Of a stretch of DNA of 64,000 nucleotides, positions 38,431-51,482 are shown in pieces. How positions within the stretch are numbered: position 1 is the stretch's first letter; each line of letters starts with the position of its first letter. The notes under the pieces are model-generated. The model searched no databases, was not told the DNA's origin, and saw nothing but the letters and a program-made list of their open reading frames with translations. Source of the stretch: Blasia pusilla (Eukaryota); contig CM114271.1 in NCBI GenBank assembly GCA_050084515.1, positions 39,742,001-39,806,000 on the forward strand. The letters are read 5' to 3'. Position numbers and translations under genes: made by a program.

Positions 38431-39276
38431 ATTAAATTAAAATAATATTATATGTGTGAAATTTAATATTGACCCATATTTTCTAAATTTTGTAATGCTA
38501 AATTAATTTTATATATGCTAAATTTGGATGCCGGAGAACTGAATTTTGTATTTTAGGAGCTCTAATTCACGTGGGAGAGAGCTTTATTACAAACGAAGAG
38601 TTTGATGACAGCGGTGGTCTTGTTTATGGGACAAGGAGCTCCAAGACTCGTGGAAATGCCCGGCATGTCCCGGAAGTAATTTGGTGCACATGGACTCGTC
38701 TCGAGCATGGTGGGGGACTGGAGATTTAAGCCGCTCGCTGGCAAGCATTCAAACCAACTCGAACCACACTGGACAATAGGAGCAAATACGATTGACTTCT
38801 TTCACTTGCACTTCTCATGTTCAATCCACAATGCAGTGTCGCACTTCTCATGTTCAAACACTCCGCGGGTTTATCGACATGCGTGAGCTTGAAGGGAGAA
38901 AAGTCGTCGTTGCTGCGAGGGCGCTTTAGGGTCGGCATTCTCGGAGCGGGCGCAGAGCTTTGCAGGTCCTGGCTATGGCTCCTTCGATAACGGAGTGTGA
39001 CGAGAGGCGGGACGGTATTATTACTAGTACAACCCCACCAGTCCAGCCGCGTACTTGATGACCACCGCCAGGTCGCATCCATCACTTCTGGGATTGCCCA
39101 ACTCTTACGTATCGTGGGATGCGCTTAGAAAAGGCAAACGCTTGGAAGGTTGCCGCAGGAAATTAGAAAATGATTCGCCATGACCTTGAAGTTCACAGGA
39201 CCAAAGTTGATCGGACTCCAAAGCAGCCGGCTCCATCAGTCAGCATAGGTGAGAGGGAGGAGGGATACCAAGGGGG

Positions 39277-41893
39277 ATGGCTGAGAGGATGCAGCACCGG
39301 ACAAACTTCTCACTGAATTGTGACCATGGCACAGTAGATGACTCTGAAAAATCGTTTGTACTGATTGTACTTAACTTTACTTTACCTAAATTCACGCCTG
39401 CTCTCTGGAACCAAGGTACTTTTGCACTTGCTGCACTGTCTTCGGGTCAGTTGTCTTTCTGAGTTTTCGCACCAAGGGGGATTGGGATTTTGTATCTTTC
39501 AACTCAAAAGATCATTTTACTAAGGGCTGAGTTCAATAGCTGGTTACATTCGTTTTAATTCCTTAACTCTTCTGCTAAAAGGTTACTTTTTGGTGACGAG
39601 TTTGGATGACCTGCCTTTTGCATGGCTAATTGGGTAATTGGAATCGTGGAGCAGCGAGGCTACGAGTGTGTGCCGATGGAGGAGCCAACCGAATTTTTGA
39701 TGAGTTGCCAGCACTTCTTCCAGACTTGAATGCAGATATTGTACGGAGGAGGTGTGCTTCACAAGATCCTCCACTTTCACCCTTTCCATCAAGCTGCCAA
39801 TAGTGTAGGGTTACTGCATCGTATATGGTCAATTCCTGCGGTCAGTAGTTCTGGGAAACGATACATCGTCATTATAATTCAGTAGGTAAATTTTTGTTGG
39901 TGCTGGTTTGGTCAATGTTTTGTGCTTGATTGATTATTACAGCTACAAGCCTGACGTGATAAAAGGAGATCTGGACTCTATTCGACCAGAAGTTCGGGAG
40001 TTTTATGCAAATTTGGTGAGTTCTACTTCGAGTGTGTGAGTGTGATATTCTTCTGTCTGTCTCCCTGTCATCCTTGGGTATGATGCGTCTTGTTCAATGT
40101 GCACAACCTCTCTGCAATCATAATCTTCTGTTCACAGCCTTCTGCAGATTTCAGGCCCCCAACATGAGTCAATATTCCCTGGAGTTTAGCATGCCAGTTG
40201 ATTTGCTTGCGGCTACTTTCCTGGTGGAACTTGTCTCATAAGTTCTCCAGTTGCTGGCTGCCTTACTGCTGTTTTTAAAGTCACAGTCCCTAGGTTTTTG
40301 GCTATGCTTTCTTGTCCCTCCAACCATACCACCTGCTTCTAGAGTTGATTACCTCTCTTATCTTCCTCTCCTTCCTGATATCATTAGATCTTCCATTTGT
40401 CTGTCCTATCACCACTGTCCCTTGCCACGACTATTGGAAGTACATGTTTACCTATCCAGAAACTGCAGTTCTAGGGCTTGCAAGTCATTTGAAGAAATTG
40501 ATGGGGTTTGAGTCAGTGGAAACCTAACGGATCCCCTTCCATCATTCGTCATTCCATCCATCAAGGACCTTCACAAACCTGATTTTTTTAGTGTCTGTTT
40601 CTCCTTGAAGAGGTAGACTAGTAGTAGGGAAGGCACTGAATTTCCGAGTCTTAACTGGGGAGCATCACCAGAATGCACATATTTTTAGACACAGCAGTGT
40701 ACTCTCTAACAGTCTCGAGACCTCCAATTACAAGACAGGGTACAACAGTCATTGACGAGTCTCAGGACCAAGATACAACAGACCTTCAAAAGTGTATTTC
40801 CTTCATCGAGGGCTCTACTCTTGATATTGGAACTTTGAAGGTGAGCTATTTGTAATCCTTCACAGCTGATAGATGAAGGTTTCTATGATAGAAAACCCTA
40901 TGAGGGATCGATTCTATTTCTTGTGTCTTTTTGAAAAGTTTCAGAGCATGTGTTCTTGCTGTGAGGATCCTGATGTGTGTTTTGACCCTCAGGATTTTGC
41001 TCATCTATCTGCTCCGTTCTAAAATTTTCTTGCTTGCAATCATTGCACCTCATTAGTTCAGTAAACTACTTCCAGACTTAATTTGATTGCCATATTTTAT
41101 GTATATCTCCCACTTAAAGATCATGTTTGAGTACTTGATTTACCTCTACAGGTCAGCTTTTATCTTCTACCCCTTCCACTTGGTCTATATCAAGCTTCAT
41201 GAGTAGATTGCCTTGGAAGTTCCACTCTACTTGCATGGTGAGGGATTTGTGATGGTTTGATCTTAGAAGTTAATTATGATCCCTGTAATGTTCTTATCTA
41301 ACACTTGCAATGTTTTTTTTGCTGGAAGGTCCTTGTTACCGGTGCTCTTGGGGGACGATTTGACCATGTCGTTGCACACATTAATGCACTGTATATATAT
41401 CCGCAACTCCGTATGGTCCTTATAAGTGATGACAGTCTGTTATATCTACTTCCTAAAGGGTTTTCTCATGAGATTCAAATAAACGGATCAGTAGAGGGTC
41501 CACAGTGTGGATTAATACCGTTTGGCACTTCATCAGAAAGTACTACCACCACTGGACTTAGGTGGAATTTGAGTAAGTACTAGTGAGCTCTAGAGTAAAT
41601 ATGGAATTCTGTTGTAATTCTTATTGGCCATAGGGCTTCAAGCTGACTTTTTCCTTGAGTTTTTAGGAAAGACGTGTGGCATCCGAGTGTATAGAATATC
41701 TTCAGAAGTGTATGAGGCTCATGTGTACACAACGAATTGCTTAACTCTAATCTTTGATCTCCCGACTGCAGAAGGAGATAGAATGGCTTTTGGATCTCTA
41801 ATCAGCACCTCCAACCTGCTGGATGGTGATGTTGTTACTGTTATCTCTGATTCTGACCTGGTCTGGACAGTGGCTATTCAGCAGCGCACTTAA
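39277..41893 (+). CDS. TPK: Thiamine pyrophosphokinase, 6 exons: 39277-39415, 39655-39751, 39943-40015, 40739-40840, 41329-41572, 41772-41893
   Basis: Spliced product has VLIVLN..LPKFTPALW, RVCADGGANRIFDELP, YKPDVIKGDLDSIR, DESQDQDTTDLQKC, GALGGRFDH, GPQCGLIP, TTTTGLRWNL, FGSLISTSN. All introns are GT-AG and phase-compatible. Confidence 0.95.
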
Positions 41894-42774
41894 TTGGTCC
41901 TTGGTAGGCCTGTTATTCCAAAAGGAAATCAAGCTTTCTAAAATATCTATGGTTCAGGAATTTTGGTAAATCCAGCCCGGGAGTGTATGACTAGTTGTCT
42001 TCATACCCTTTTGTCCGTATGGAGAGATGTACCCAGTGGATCCTGATATCCGCATTTGGAATACATTTTATATTGTTTACAAAGTGAAGTGCTGGGATTT
42101 TTCTTTTGTTGGTTAGTATGACAAATGCATTCATTCTTCACACGTTTCTTCCCTTTGATCCATCACACTAAAATGGTACTGTTAACACAGATCATGAGGA
42201 CCTCTCCAGCCACATTAATTCTCAGTTCACAGTAAATGTATCCCGGCAGAGCTGGGTTTGGAAATAGAGAAACCTTCATAAGCCAGGCTAATCTTTTGCT
42301 AGGTGTGCCAGTGTGGATTATCCAACCACTATGGATTGAAGCCCAGAGGTTGTGGACGTCACATCCTTGCACTGAAGTACGGGGGAAACTCCCCAAAATG
42401 AGTGCCAGATGGTGTCAAGTTTAAAAATCTAAGTGCTTTAATTGGAAACCCAGCTGAGGAATGGATTTATGACCCCTGTGAATTATCCTTATGTAATGAC
42501 CATCTTAGAATCAATGCTCAATCAGAAAAATATTCCTCCACAAAGCATTCAGACTTGGATTCCATATCAGTCATTCAACTTTAACTATGAAATTGTCCAA
42601 AGCAAGACATTCTGGTCGCTATTGGTTCCAATGAAGTTTATTACCTTCATTTCACAATAAAGTTACCCTGCCATTGATGGGGCTCTTTCCCCAAAATTTT
42701 CACCTATTGGCACAACTACTGGAATTAAATTACACAACTGATCTGCAGAACACCTCTTGCCAGGTCCATGTAGA

Positions 42775-45186
42775 TTAGGCAACACTAGTTTCAAAATCTT
42801 CATCCAAACTTTCCCTGGCACGCTTCCGGAAGACTCGAGTAGTCTTAGCCTCATCTACCAGTATGTTTCCAGGGACTGAGTTGTGCATACCATGGTCGAG
42901 TCTCGCGTCATTTCCAATTAGATCTTCTGCGAAACTAATCAATGAGTGAGCCTGTGCAGAGAAAGCCTCTTTTCTCTTCTCGACTCCACTGCCTTTTCCT
43001 GAGACTACTCCATTTTTAGGCACGAAGACAATAGACTTTGGGAGCAATTTGGGAATAGAAACTTCCTGTGTCGCAGGTTCACTAACAAATGTTTGAAATG
43101 CCTGAAATGCTGACAAATTACTCGTACCGTCTTCCTCATCATCTGACCAGTCCAATGTGTAGTGAGTGTACTTGGATGGGTAGCGGACATGGTCTGGAAC
43201 CTGACTGCATCTAGTTGTGGGAACTAGCACCACTCTCTTCTCCTTCACAATATCAGGTTTAAGCTCCTCAGAGAGATTCTCATCCAGATCAAACCGCACC
43301 TTCTTGAACTTCCTTACTTTTTCCTCCCTGGGCAACTTGTCTGCACAACCACTCTGATCTTTGACAGCATCCCGCTTAATGTTTGGTTCTTTCTGTGCCT
43401 TCATTGCATCAGTACTACCCAAGCTCCTTCCTTCTTTTGTAGCTTCGATCATGTTAGTACCTTTCTCGGGTTCTCCTTCTCTACCCATGTCATCACAAGG
43501 ATCTCCTCTGGTTTCAGCCAAATTGCTGCTCTCCTTGTTCCCATCATTTTGAGCTGAATTTTCACAACCAGAGACCTCCAAGCCTCTCTCCAGCTCAGGT
43601 CTGTTAACCCTCACTCCTACACTCATGCCTAAATGCCTCTTAACACTGGAGAAAGACATGGCCAGACTCGGATGTTCTACGGCCTTCTCACACCTGGCTT
43701 CTGCCTCTCGGTCCTCATTGAGTCGGGCTGCTGCCGCTACATGATTGGCTCTTGAGTCTCGTTCAAAAGTTCCCAGTCCACCTACAGACAGTGAGATAGT
43801 AGGGGGAGGGCATGTTTCAAGTCGAACATCCTTGATTTCTCTCATGTACACTCTTTCACCTGCTCCTTCTCGACCGACAGCTACCTTATCATACTCATCT
43901 TCTTCCTCCTGTAAGATTGAAACTTATTTGATGAGTATCTGCAACAGAACTGCTGTAAGCCTAACAGTAATCCGTACAATTCTTCCCCAACTTCTATGTG
44001 GGCGACAGGCCATGATAGCCAAGAGGTACAGCATATGCGATTGGGCCAACTAGGCTTCGCCAAAGAATCAAATTTGAGTAAAAGTCCACCAGGACAACAA
44101 AATGAACCTCTCTGAAATCCTCAATTTAGGCAGCTCTCGTGAACATGTACTTTGTGTTCCAACGATTTCAACAAACTCGAAGATAAGCAGCAGGGAAGAC
44201 ACTGCTAACCTCAAAGTCAAGTGTCTCGTCCATGCCAATCATTAACCTCATCTCTCGTACTTCTTCGTCATCCAACTCTTGCTGCATCCGCTCTGCTGCC
44301 GTATGTCCCTCCGATTCTCCTCTTCTCCTACGCTTGGGCTTACTCCTTTCGTCTTCACTGTTCTCTTCATGAATATCCTCATCTGCAAGATTGGAAAAAC
44401 GCTACAATTAAGAATACCCTTTCATACAACCCATTCCAGGTGGGTTCTAGTGACCGGACAGAGAAACCCCAAATCCATTCCACAACCTTATAAGCACCGA
44501 GATATTCAACCATTAAACAAATTCACATGAAGCGCCAGCGCAAACAGAGGCGGAAACCATGACCCGCATTCAGCAAAGTCCGAAACACCTAAGGGTCATA
44601 GCAGCCAGGCAATCCAAACGGACATGATCGTATTAAAGAGTTATCACATCCAACTCGATATCATGCGTCCAATCTCTCAAAGACAGCAATACCCGAGGAA
44701 TTTTTTCACCTGAAGTATGACTCGACAGACCATAGAACCTCCATGAGAACTTGTTACGTTCAACATCGTGATTTTCATCTTCTGAAACTCTTGAGAGATT
44801 ACAGTCAAGAGCTTTCGTGTCCCACACCCAAAAACTCACTACCGGTCAAACTAGCAGACAAGAGGAACGACGAATTCACTCCAAGTTCTTCGAAAGTCAA
44901 ACGGCAAACACATTTGCAAGTACAAACCTACATCCCGCCTCCTCCTTCGTCCTCGCCTCTCCAACCTGACGAAGCTTTCGTAGTCCGCGGCCTGCGGCTC
45001 ATCGCTCTCGCTTCCGCTGTCTAAATCCGCAGCCCTGGCATCCACCCTCTCCGTCGCAATGGCTCGTCCACTCACCGACCAAAAATCCGACTCCCGCTCA
45101 TTGCCCGACGATTTCGCCTGCAGCAAAGCAGATCCCAGCAGGGCACCGAACGCCAAATCCACCCGACTCCTGAAAGAACTCTCCAT
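42775..45186 (-). CDS. TSSC4-family protein (putative U5 snRNP chaperone), 3 exons: 45186-44928, 44382-44210, 43908-42775
   Basis: N-terminal SFRSRVDLAFGAL; IGMDETLDFE|EEEDEYDKVAVG across a GT-AG intron; VPDHVRYPSKYTHYTLDW..SNLSAF resembles the TSSC4 core motif as recalled. Confidence 0.8.
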
Positions 45187-46054
45187 GGCCGTCTTCCTCC
45201 CTCGAAATCTGATCAATCCACCCGCCCGAACCTCCTAAAACGTGCTCAATCTTCCAACCACGAACTCCTCGCAACCAAATTACGACATCAACTCATCACC
45301 GCCGCATAGAAAATCTTCAACTCAACCTGTTCCTCAATTTTGAGATCTACTTAAAACTCGCGTCCCCGTACTACCCTGTAGCCCTACGTTTTCGGAATTG
45401 CCTGTTCCATATTTACGAGGGCTTTCCGATGGCAACCGATCGTCTCGTGGGCAAAATTTCTCCGCATCGCATCGCGACGCGTATCGTAGCGTCGGCAGTC
45501 AGAACGAAGCACATGCACCTTAACCGATGAAATGCAAGCGCGCGCCTCCCAATCACACCACGGCACGTCCTGAATTGGAGAAAATAGGGCCACTCACTGC
45601 CGGAGTTGGGAGGCCTCCGGGAGTCGTGGCAACGGGCAATGCCCGTTTGAAGAAACGGGTACCTACACACGGTTCCCAGAAACTAGGGACGTCCGAAAAA
45701 AAATTTGTCCGAAAAAAAAACTAGGGACGATACCAATTTTTAAATTATTATTTATAAAAAATTTATTATTATTATTCAATAAAGTCCATTCGTGTGGACT
45801 ACACGGGAATTTCTTCCGTCCCCGTATTTGTTCCCCGTCGGAAGGAAATGAGTGACTTTAATAGGGCCAAGTTCGGAGGCCCCCCGGAGCCCTGGTTCAT
45901 CCCGTCTGAAGAAGCCTTTCTCTAAACGCTGCTTGAAAACGATTTCCGAAACAGATTTTTGTCCTCTTTACGGCCCCTACAATAGATTCAACAGATTTCC
46001 TAAATGGGATCCGAAGTGAATTTTTAAAGGTCCGATTAAATTTCGTGAGACTAA

Positions 46055-46200
46055 AACTGAAGGGACTAATCTTGGTGGCACAAAATGGAAAGTATTTTAT
46101 TGTTTTCCGTCTAGGAGAAATATTTTCTTGTCGCGGTTGTCGTTTGTCAAATAAAGAGGTGTTTGTAAATCAAAAAAGCATTCTCCCATAGTAATATAGA
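46055..46200 (-). mobile_element. Partial mini-Helitron family copy (5' end at 46200)
   Basis: Minus strand A|TCTATATTACTATGGGAGAATGC.., similar to 58500-58646 and 61187-61335. Confidence 0.6.
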
Positions 46201-46679
46201 TTTACTAGTCATGTTTTGCTTGCCATATTAGTTACACATTGGAATTAACATGGCAGGCTTGAAGTCCCGTTCTACCTTGGTTTCTTCCCGCAGTGTTAAT
46301 CTCCTCGAGTTTTTTTCTGTTTTGTTAGTATTAGTTTTCTCCAAAACTTCTTTAAAAATACAAACCAAGTTCGAATGATATAAAATTTCTAATTTTTAAA
46401 GATAATTGTTATTAAATAAATCCTACTTGTGTGGATTGATCATTTCTTCGTTCCCGAACTTCTTTACCCATGGGGGAAAATTGAGTGGCCCTAACAGGGT
46501 GTGTCAAACCATGTTCGAGGAAGTTTCGTAACATGAAATTATGGCGGAAAAGGACCTGGAAGAAAGTATCCGATTTGGGGTGACGGTCTAATTACGAGTC
46601 TAGCTTCGAGTCAAATCTTGACCCTTAAGAGTTCAAAACGAAAATCTTTGGGGTCGAGATCGGCAATAAAAGATCCCTG

Positions 46680-49500
46680 AAACTTGCAATTATTATGGGA
46701 TAAAGGGTTACTATGCAAAGTTTTCTTTTAAGAAGAAGGCATATATGAGAACGAACGCCTTATAGCAATCATTTTATGTGGAGCAATAATACCAAGTGCA
46801 ATATCAAGAACAATAACTTTCAATCTTGGTCATGACTGATCATACGGGAGCAATGGTCAAGAAAGACTTGATCACATATTAGTACATCCACTTTAGTACA
46901 CCAAATCACGAGACCCCACTAGCTAAAACAGTTCAAGAGTATGGAGCTTGTGAAAAATCCTACAATAGTGCTCATAGGAGATGATACTCAACATCATATC
47001 ATGCATACCACTAGAGTTCCAATAGCATCAAATGATCTTTAGGCCCTTAAAAATATTCTCTATGTTCCTATCATTAGAAGAAATTTGATCTCTGTAGGAT
47101 AGATAGTAGAACAAGATTATCAAGTAAAGTTTAACACAAATAGTTATTTCATTAAAATAATAGACGACCTCACAATGATAGCCAAAAGAATAAGATGTGG
47201 CAGAGTTTTTAAATTAGATGTTTCTATGCTAGAGAATCTGATTCAAACAACAATATATGATCAAAATGACCAACAAATCATAAATTTCTATGTGTGGCAT
47301 AAAAGAAGTGGGCATATAAATCTTCAAAGATTATAAAATCTTTCATCATCTAATCTAGTTATAGGACTTTCTAAACTATCAAGTCCTATAATGTTAGAGG
47401 TATGTCTTGCTTGGAAATTTTCGAAAAGAAGCTAGAATTCCATTTCCAAAGCAAGATAGAAAAGCATGGAATATATTAGAGTTGATTCATAGTGATGTGT
47501 GGACAATATAACAACATAGCCTTAGTGGTTGCCATACTTTTTTTTATTTATTGATGACTTCTCTAGGCATATATGGGTATATTTTCCAAAAACCAAGTCA
47601 GAAGTATTTTCAATGTTCTAGAAAATCAAGTTTTGGTAGAGAAGGAAACTAGGCAACACATTCTTAAATTGAGTTGTGATGAAGAGGAAGATTACTTTCC
47701 AAAAGATTTTGATGACTACTTATGTCAAAATGGCATCTAAAGAAAATTCACCTATCGTTATAGTCCACAACAAAATGACGTGATTGAGCGGAATAATCGA
47801 CATATTATTGGGACGACACAAGCTATGCTGAATAAGAAGAACATGGGTGAGTTGTATTGGGCAAAGGTTGCAACGTGGGAAATCTTCTTAATTCACCAAG
47901 CTCCAAGAGCATATGTTCATAGTAAGACTCCATTCAAAATCTTCAGAAGAAGTATTCAAAATATTCACATTTCCGAATGTCTTTCGTTGTATTTGTTATG
48001 CTCATGTTTCTTTTGAAAGACATCAAAAATTAGATCCTAAATATGAGAGATGTATTTTCATTGACTATGTTGATGAAATTAAGGGATATAAGTGCTAAAG
48101 ACTCTAGACAAGTTATTATTAGTCACGATGCTATTTTTTACAAGTTAAGGTTATATTTTGCTTGAGTTGAGCCTTTTCCACTCTAAACTTGTCTGTTGAG
48201 GGGGAGAATATGACTATAAACCAACAAACACTGCCTTAAACTTCCCCCAAGTACTAGTGTAGGGTTAGGAGAGGTCCTTGACTCTTCAATTAAATTTGTC
48301 AATCCATGGTCAGAAATAGTTTGTATTTAGTCTATTGACACTAGTTAGAGCTCAAGTCACATGTTAGAGGCATCTACTTCTAAAAAGTAACTTTGTAGTT
48401 CAAGTAGAGTCACACATCCTATTCATAGATTTATAAATGAAAGATTCATTGCAACACATTATGCATATACGATGATAACCCTTCAAGAATAAGAATCCAC
48501 TTATTTTGAAGAAGTTGCATGTAAGGTCAAATGGATTGAAGCTATGGAGGAAGAGCTTGCTGCATTAAGACATCAACATACTTGGGAGCTAGTTGATATA
48601 CCTTCTGGTAAGGAAGCTATTGGTTTCAGATGTGTTTACAAAGTCAAGTGTAATCAAGATGGTAGAATGAACACATAAAAAACCATATTGGTAGCCAAGG
48701 GCTATGCACAATAGTATGGCATCGATTAAGAGGAGATATTTAGTCCTATTGCAAAGATAGCGACTATGAGAAAAGTGGTTGAAGTTGCAGTGAGTAAAAA
48801 GTGGGGACTATACCATATGGATATTAAGAATGCTTTCTTGAATGGAGATTTACATGAGCAAATATACATGGCTCAACCACTTGGATATTATAAGCATCTA
48901 GAGTTTCCATTCAGACTATATAGATTAAAAAAAGCTCGACACGAGATCAAGCAAGCTCCAAGAGTTTGGTATGGCAAAATTTCATATGTTTTACAAGAAT
49001 TTGGCTCTAGGGTTTATGATTCTAATTCCTGGATAATTTTTTTGAGATGACAAGGTCATACGATTATCATTGTGTTGTATGTTGACGACCTCTTGATATT
49101 GGGAGTAGTGAGGATATGGTACAACAAGTCAAGTTAGAGTTATAGGTAGAATTTGATATGAAAGACTTGATATAAGAACTCAAGTATTTCCTTGGTGTTG
49201 AATTTATTTGAGTTGGAAAGAGCATGTGATTATTACAACAATAATATGCTCTTCAAATGCTTTGAAAATATGGTATGATAGTCTATAAGCCAATAACTAT
49301 AATGTTGGAGAAAATTTTCAAACTCCAAGTAGAAAAATAAGACTTTCTTGCAAATCTAATATAAACAAGTGCATGATTGGAAGTTTCATCTATTTGACTA
49401 TAATTAGCCCAAACTTGAGCTATGAAGTTGGCCGAGTGAGCCAATTCATGCAAGCTCGAAAACCTTATCTTAATGCTATGAGGAGGATTATTCAATATCC
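46680..49500 (+). mobile_element. Highly decayed Ty1/Copia pol remnant
   Basis: [103 protein letters not shown]; integrase precedes RT. No LTR pair seen. Confidence 0.9.
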
Positions 49501-50455
49501 AAAATTCTCTTCTTAACGATCCTTAACACAAATGGATGACAATGTCTTAACCTGATCAGTGATACCTATAACAATTTTCAAATTTTTTAAAGATTATCTT
49601 TATTTCATTTGCATCTATATAATTAAAAGAGGATGGGTTAGAGAAAACCCTCCTCTAGTGACACTTTGAGTGTTTTTATGGTGTTGACACATGTTACTTT
49701 AAGAGATGAAGTTAAGTCAAGAGGAGACAATTAAATAAAATGAGGAAGGGAAAGGAAGACCATAGCTTCTTTTTTTTTAAGATCACTTGTGCATAGCTTG
49801 ACAACACTCTAGTACCTTTATATGAGAACTTGATATTTTCATTGTTGTGAGTGAGAATAATAAGCGATCGTGGCTTGTTGTTCTTGTCCATGATAATCTA
49901 TGTTTGTCATGTACACGGACAACGACTTGACCCTATAGTCCAACTTTGAGCAGGCCTACTAGGGTTGTCTGGAACTTGGCCGCTAGAACTCAAAATAGGG
50001 ACAAAAGTTTAATGTTGTAAGGTACATCCGAGGGATGAAAGAGTTCATATTTCTAAGCAACGGTCGGGTCATTCCCTCACTTCTAAGCAAACAAAATGTG
50101 GGCTCTCGACTATTATCATGAGTGACAGTTGATAAGAAATTATGGCTTAGTGTTTCCACCATGACAATAGTCGTGATTCCTATCCACGGGGACCACCACT
50201 TTGCTCTATGGTTGAGTTTTAAGATGCCCTATTATGTTCGTTAATTTTTTTTTAAACAAATTTTTCTTAGTGTTGTGCTATTATGGACGCACTCTTTCAT
50301 GCCCTAATGTCATATGTCAAGCAAAGTGGTTCTTTCAAATACAAAAAATGAACATCCTTAAGAGTATGCATCACTTATGATTCTTAGGGGCACATAGGCT
50401 TTGATTTGCAAATTTCATGTTGTATGGCTTACATCGATACGCAAAACACAATACA

Positions 50456-51482
50456 TGTCGCGACCCACATTACCAAACAACACCAAATACGCGCCAAGCG
50501 AAACATCAGAACTCAAAGGAACTCACGCCGCGAGGTTTGCGCTTTGGAGAGGCGTTTGGAAGAGTCTCTTGGAAAAGTCTAAGAGACGAAACGCGGAACA
50601 GAGTTGTGCGTGTCATGCGTTAGTGGTCGCGACCAGGAAACCTAGACCAAACGCGAGCCGAGACTTGAGATGAGTTGAGTCTTGGAGGTTGGTTGCCAAA
50701 GAGGTGAGAACCAGTTTGGAACACGACTAGCGTTTGGGAGAATCTGATTGTGTTTAGGACCATAACGTTGAGCTCCGAGATGCATTTGGGACAAATAAGG
50801 GCGCGTTGGAAAGCTGATCTTGAGACGCTTCCAACGCACCAAAGATCTCAGCAAACGCAGATGTACATGCTGAGATATTGGCCGAAAACAATTCAGAGAG
50901 CAATCGGGTTGAGGGCCAATTGGAGAGGCCCGGGTGTCTTTCCCTAAATGTAGGGGGCCCTCGGAGATCCCCAGAAGTACTAGTAAGGGGAGTACCTTCT
51001 CTGAGATGTCTCGGGAAAAAAACCCCACTTTGGGCGCCAAACGGCGTTTCAGAGGCACGGGATGGAACGAGAGTTTGGCGCGGAAACCCGAAACCCAAAC
51101 CTGATCCAAGGGAGTGGACTTTTACGCCACACTTGGATTCCAACCCGAATTCACTTTGTGCGAGTCTTGGTGAGGAACTCATTGGATGTTCATCGGACAG
51201 TTGGAACCGCTAGCGCGAAACGCCGTTTGAGTTCCCTGAACCGACCAAAAAGTCTGTCCCAAGTCTTTCGAGACTTGCCCGTGTTGGAAACCGCGAAACT
51301 AGGAAGGTTGAGCTTGAAGAGAGAGTCAGAGCGATAACTCGGAAAGTAATCCCGCTGATTGATCCAAGACCCGACTAACCGAAGTGCGTGTTTGGATGCA
51401 GATCAACGTTGAGAGCGTGACCCATCAACGAGACGCTTCGCAACAAACAAGATTAACGTTCAAGGAGAGTAGGCGCACGACA
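50456..51482 (+). repeat. 5' LTR
   Basis: Near-identical to 56824-57854. Confidence 0.95.

Noticed and set aside
38980-39028. 3' terminus of Helitron-2 at CTAG|T (39024-39028)
   Set aside because: No convincing GC-rich hairpin at the expected spacing; left unassigned.
38726-39085. 119-aa minus-strand ORF upstream of TPK
   Set aside because: No recognisable motif or splice structure; contains a short internal duplication; may be a chance ORF in GC-richer sequence.
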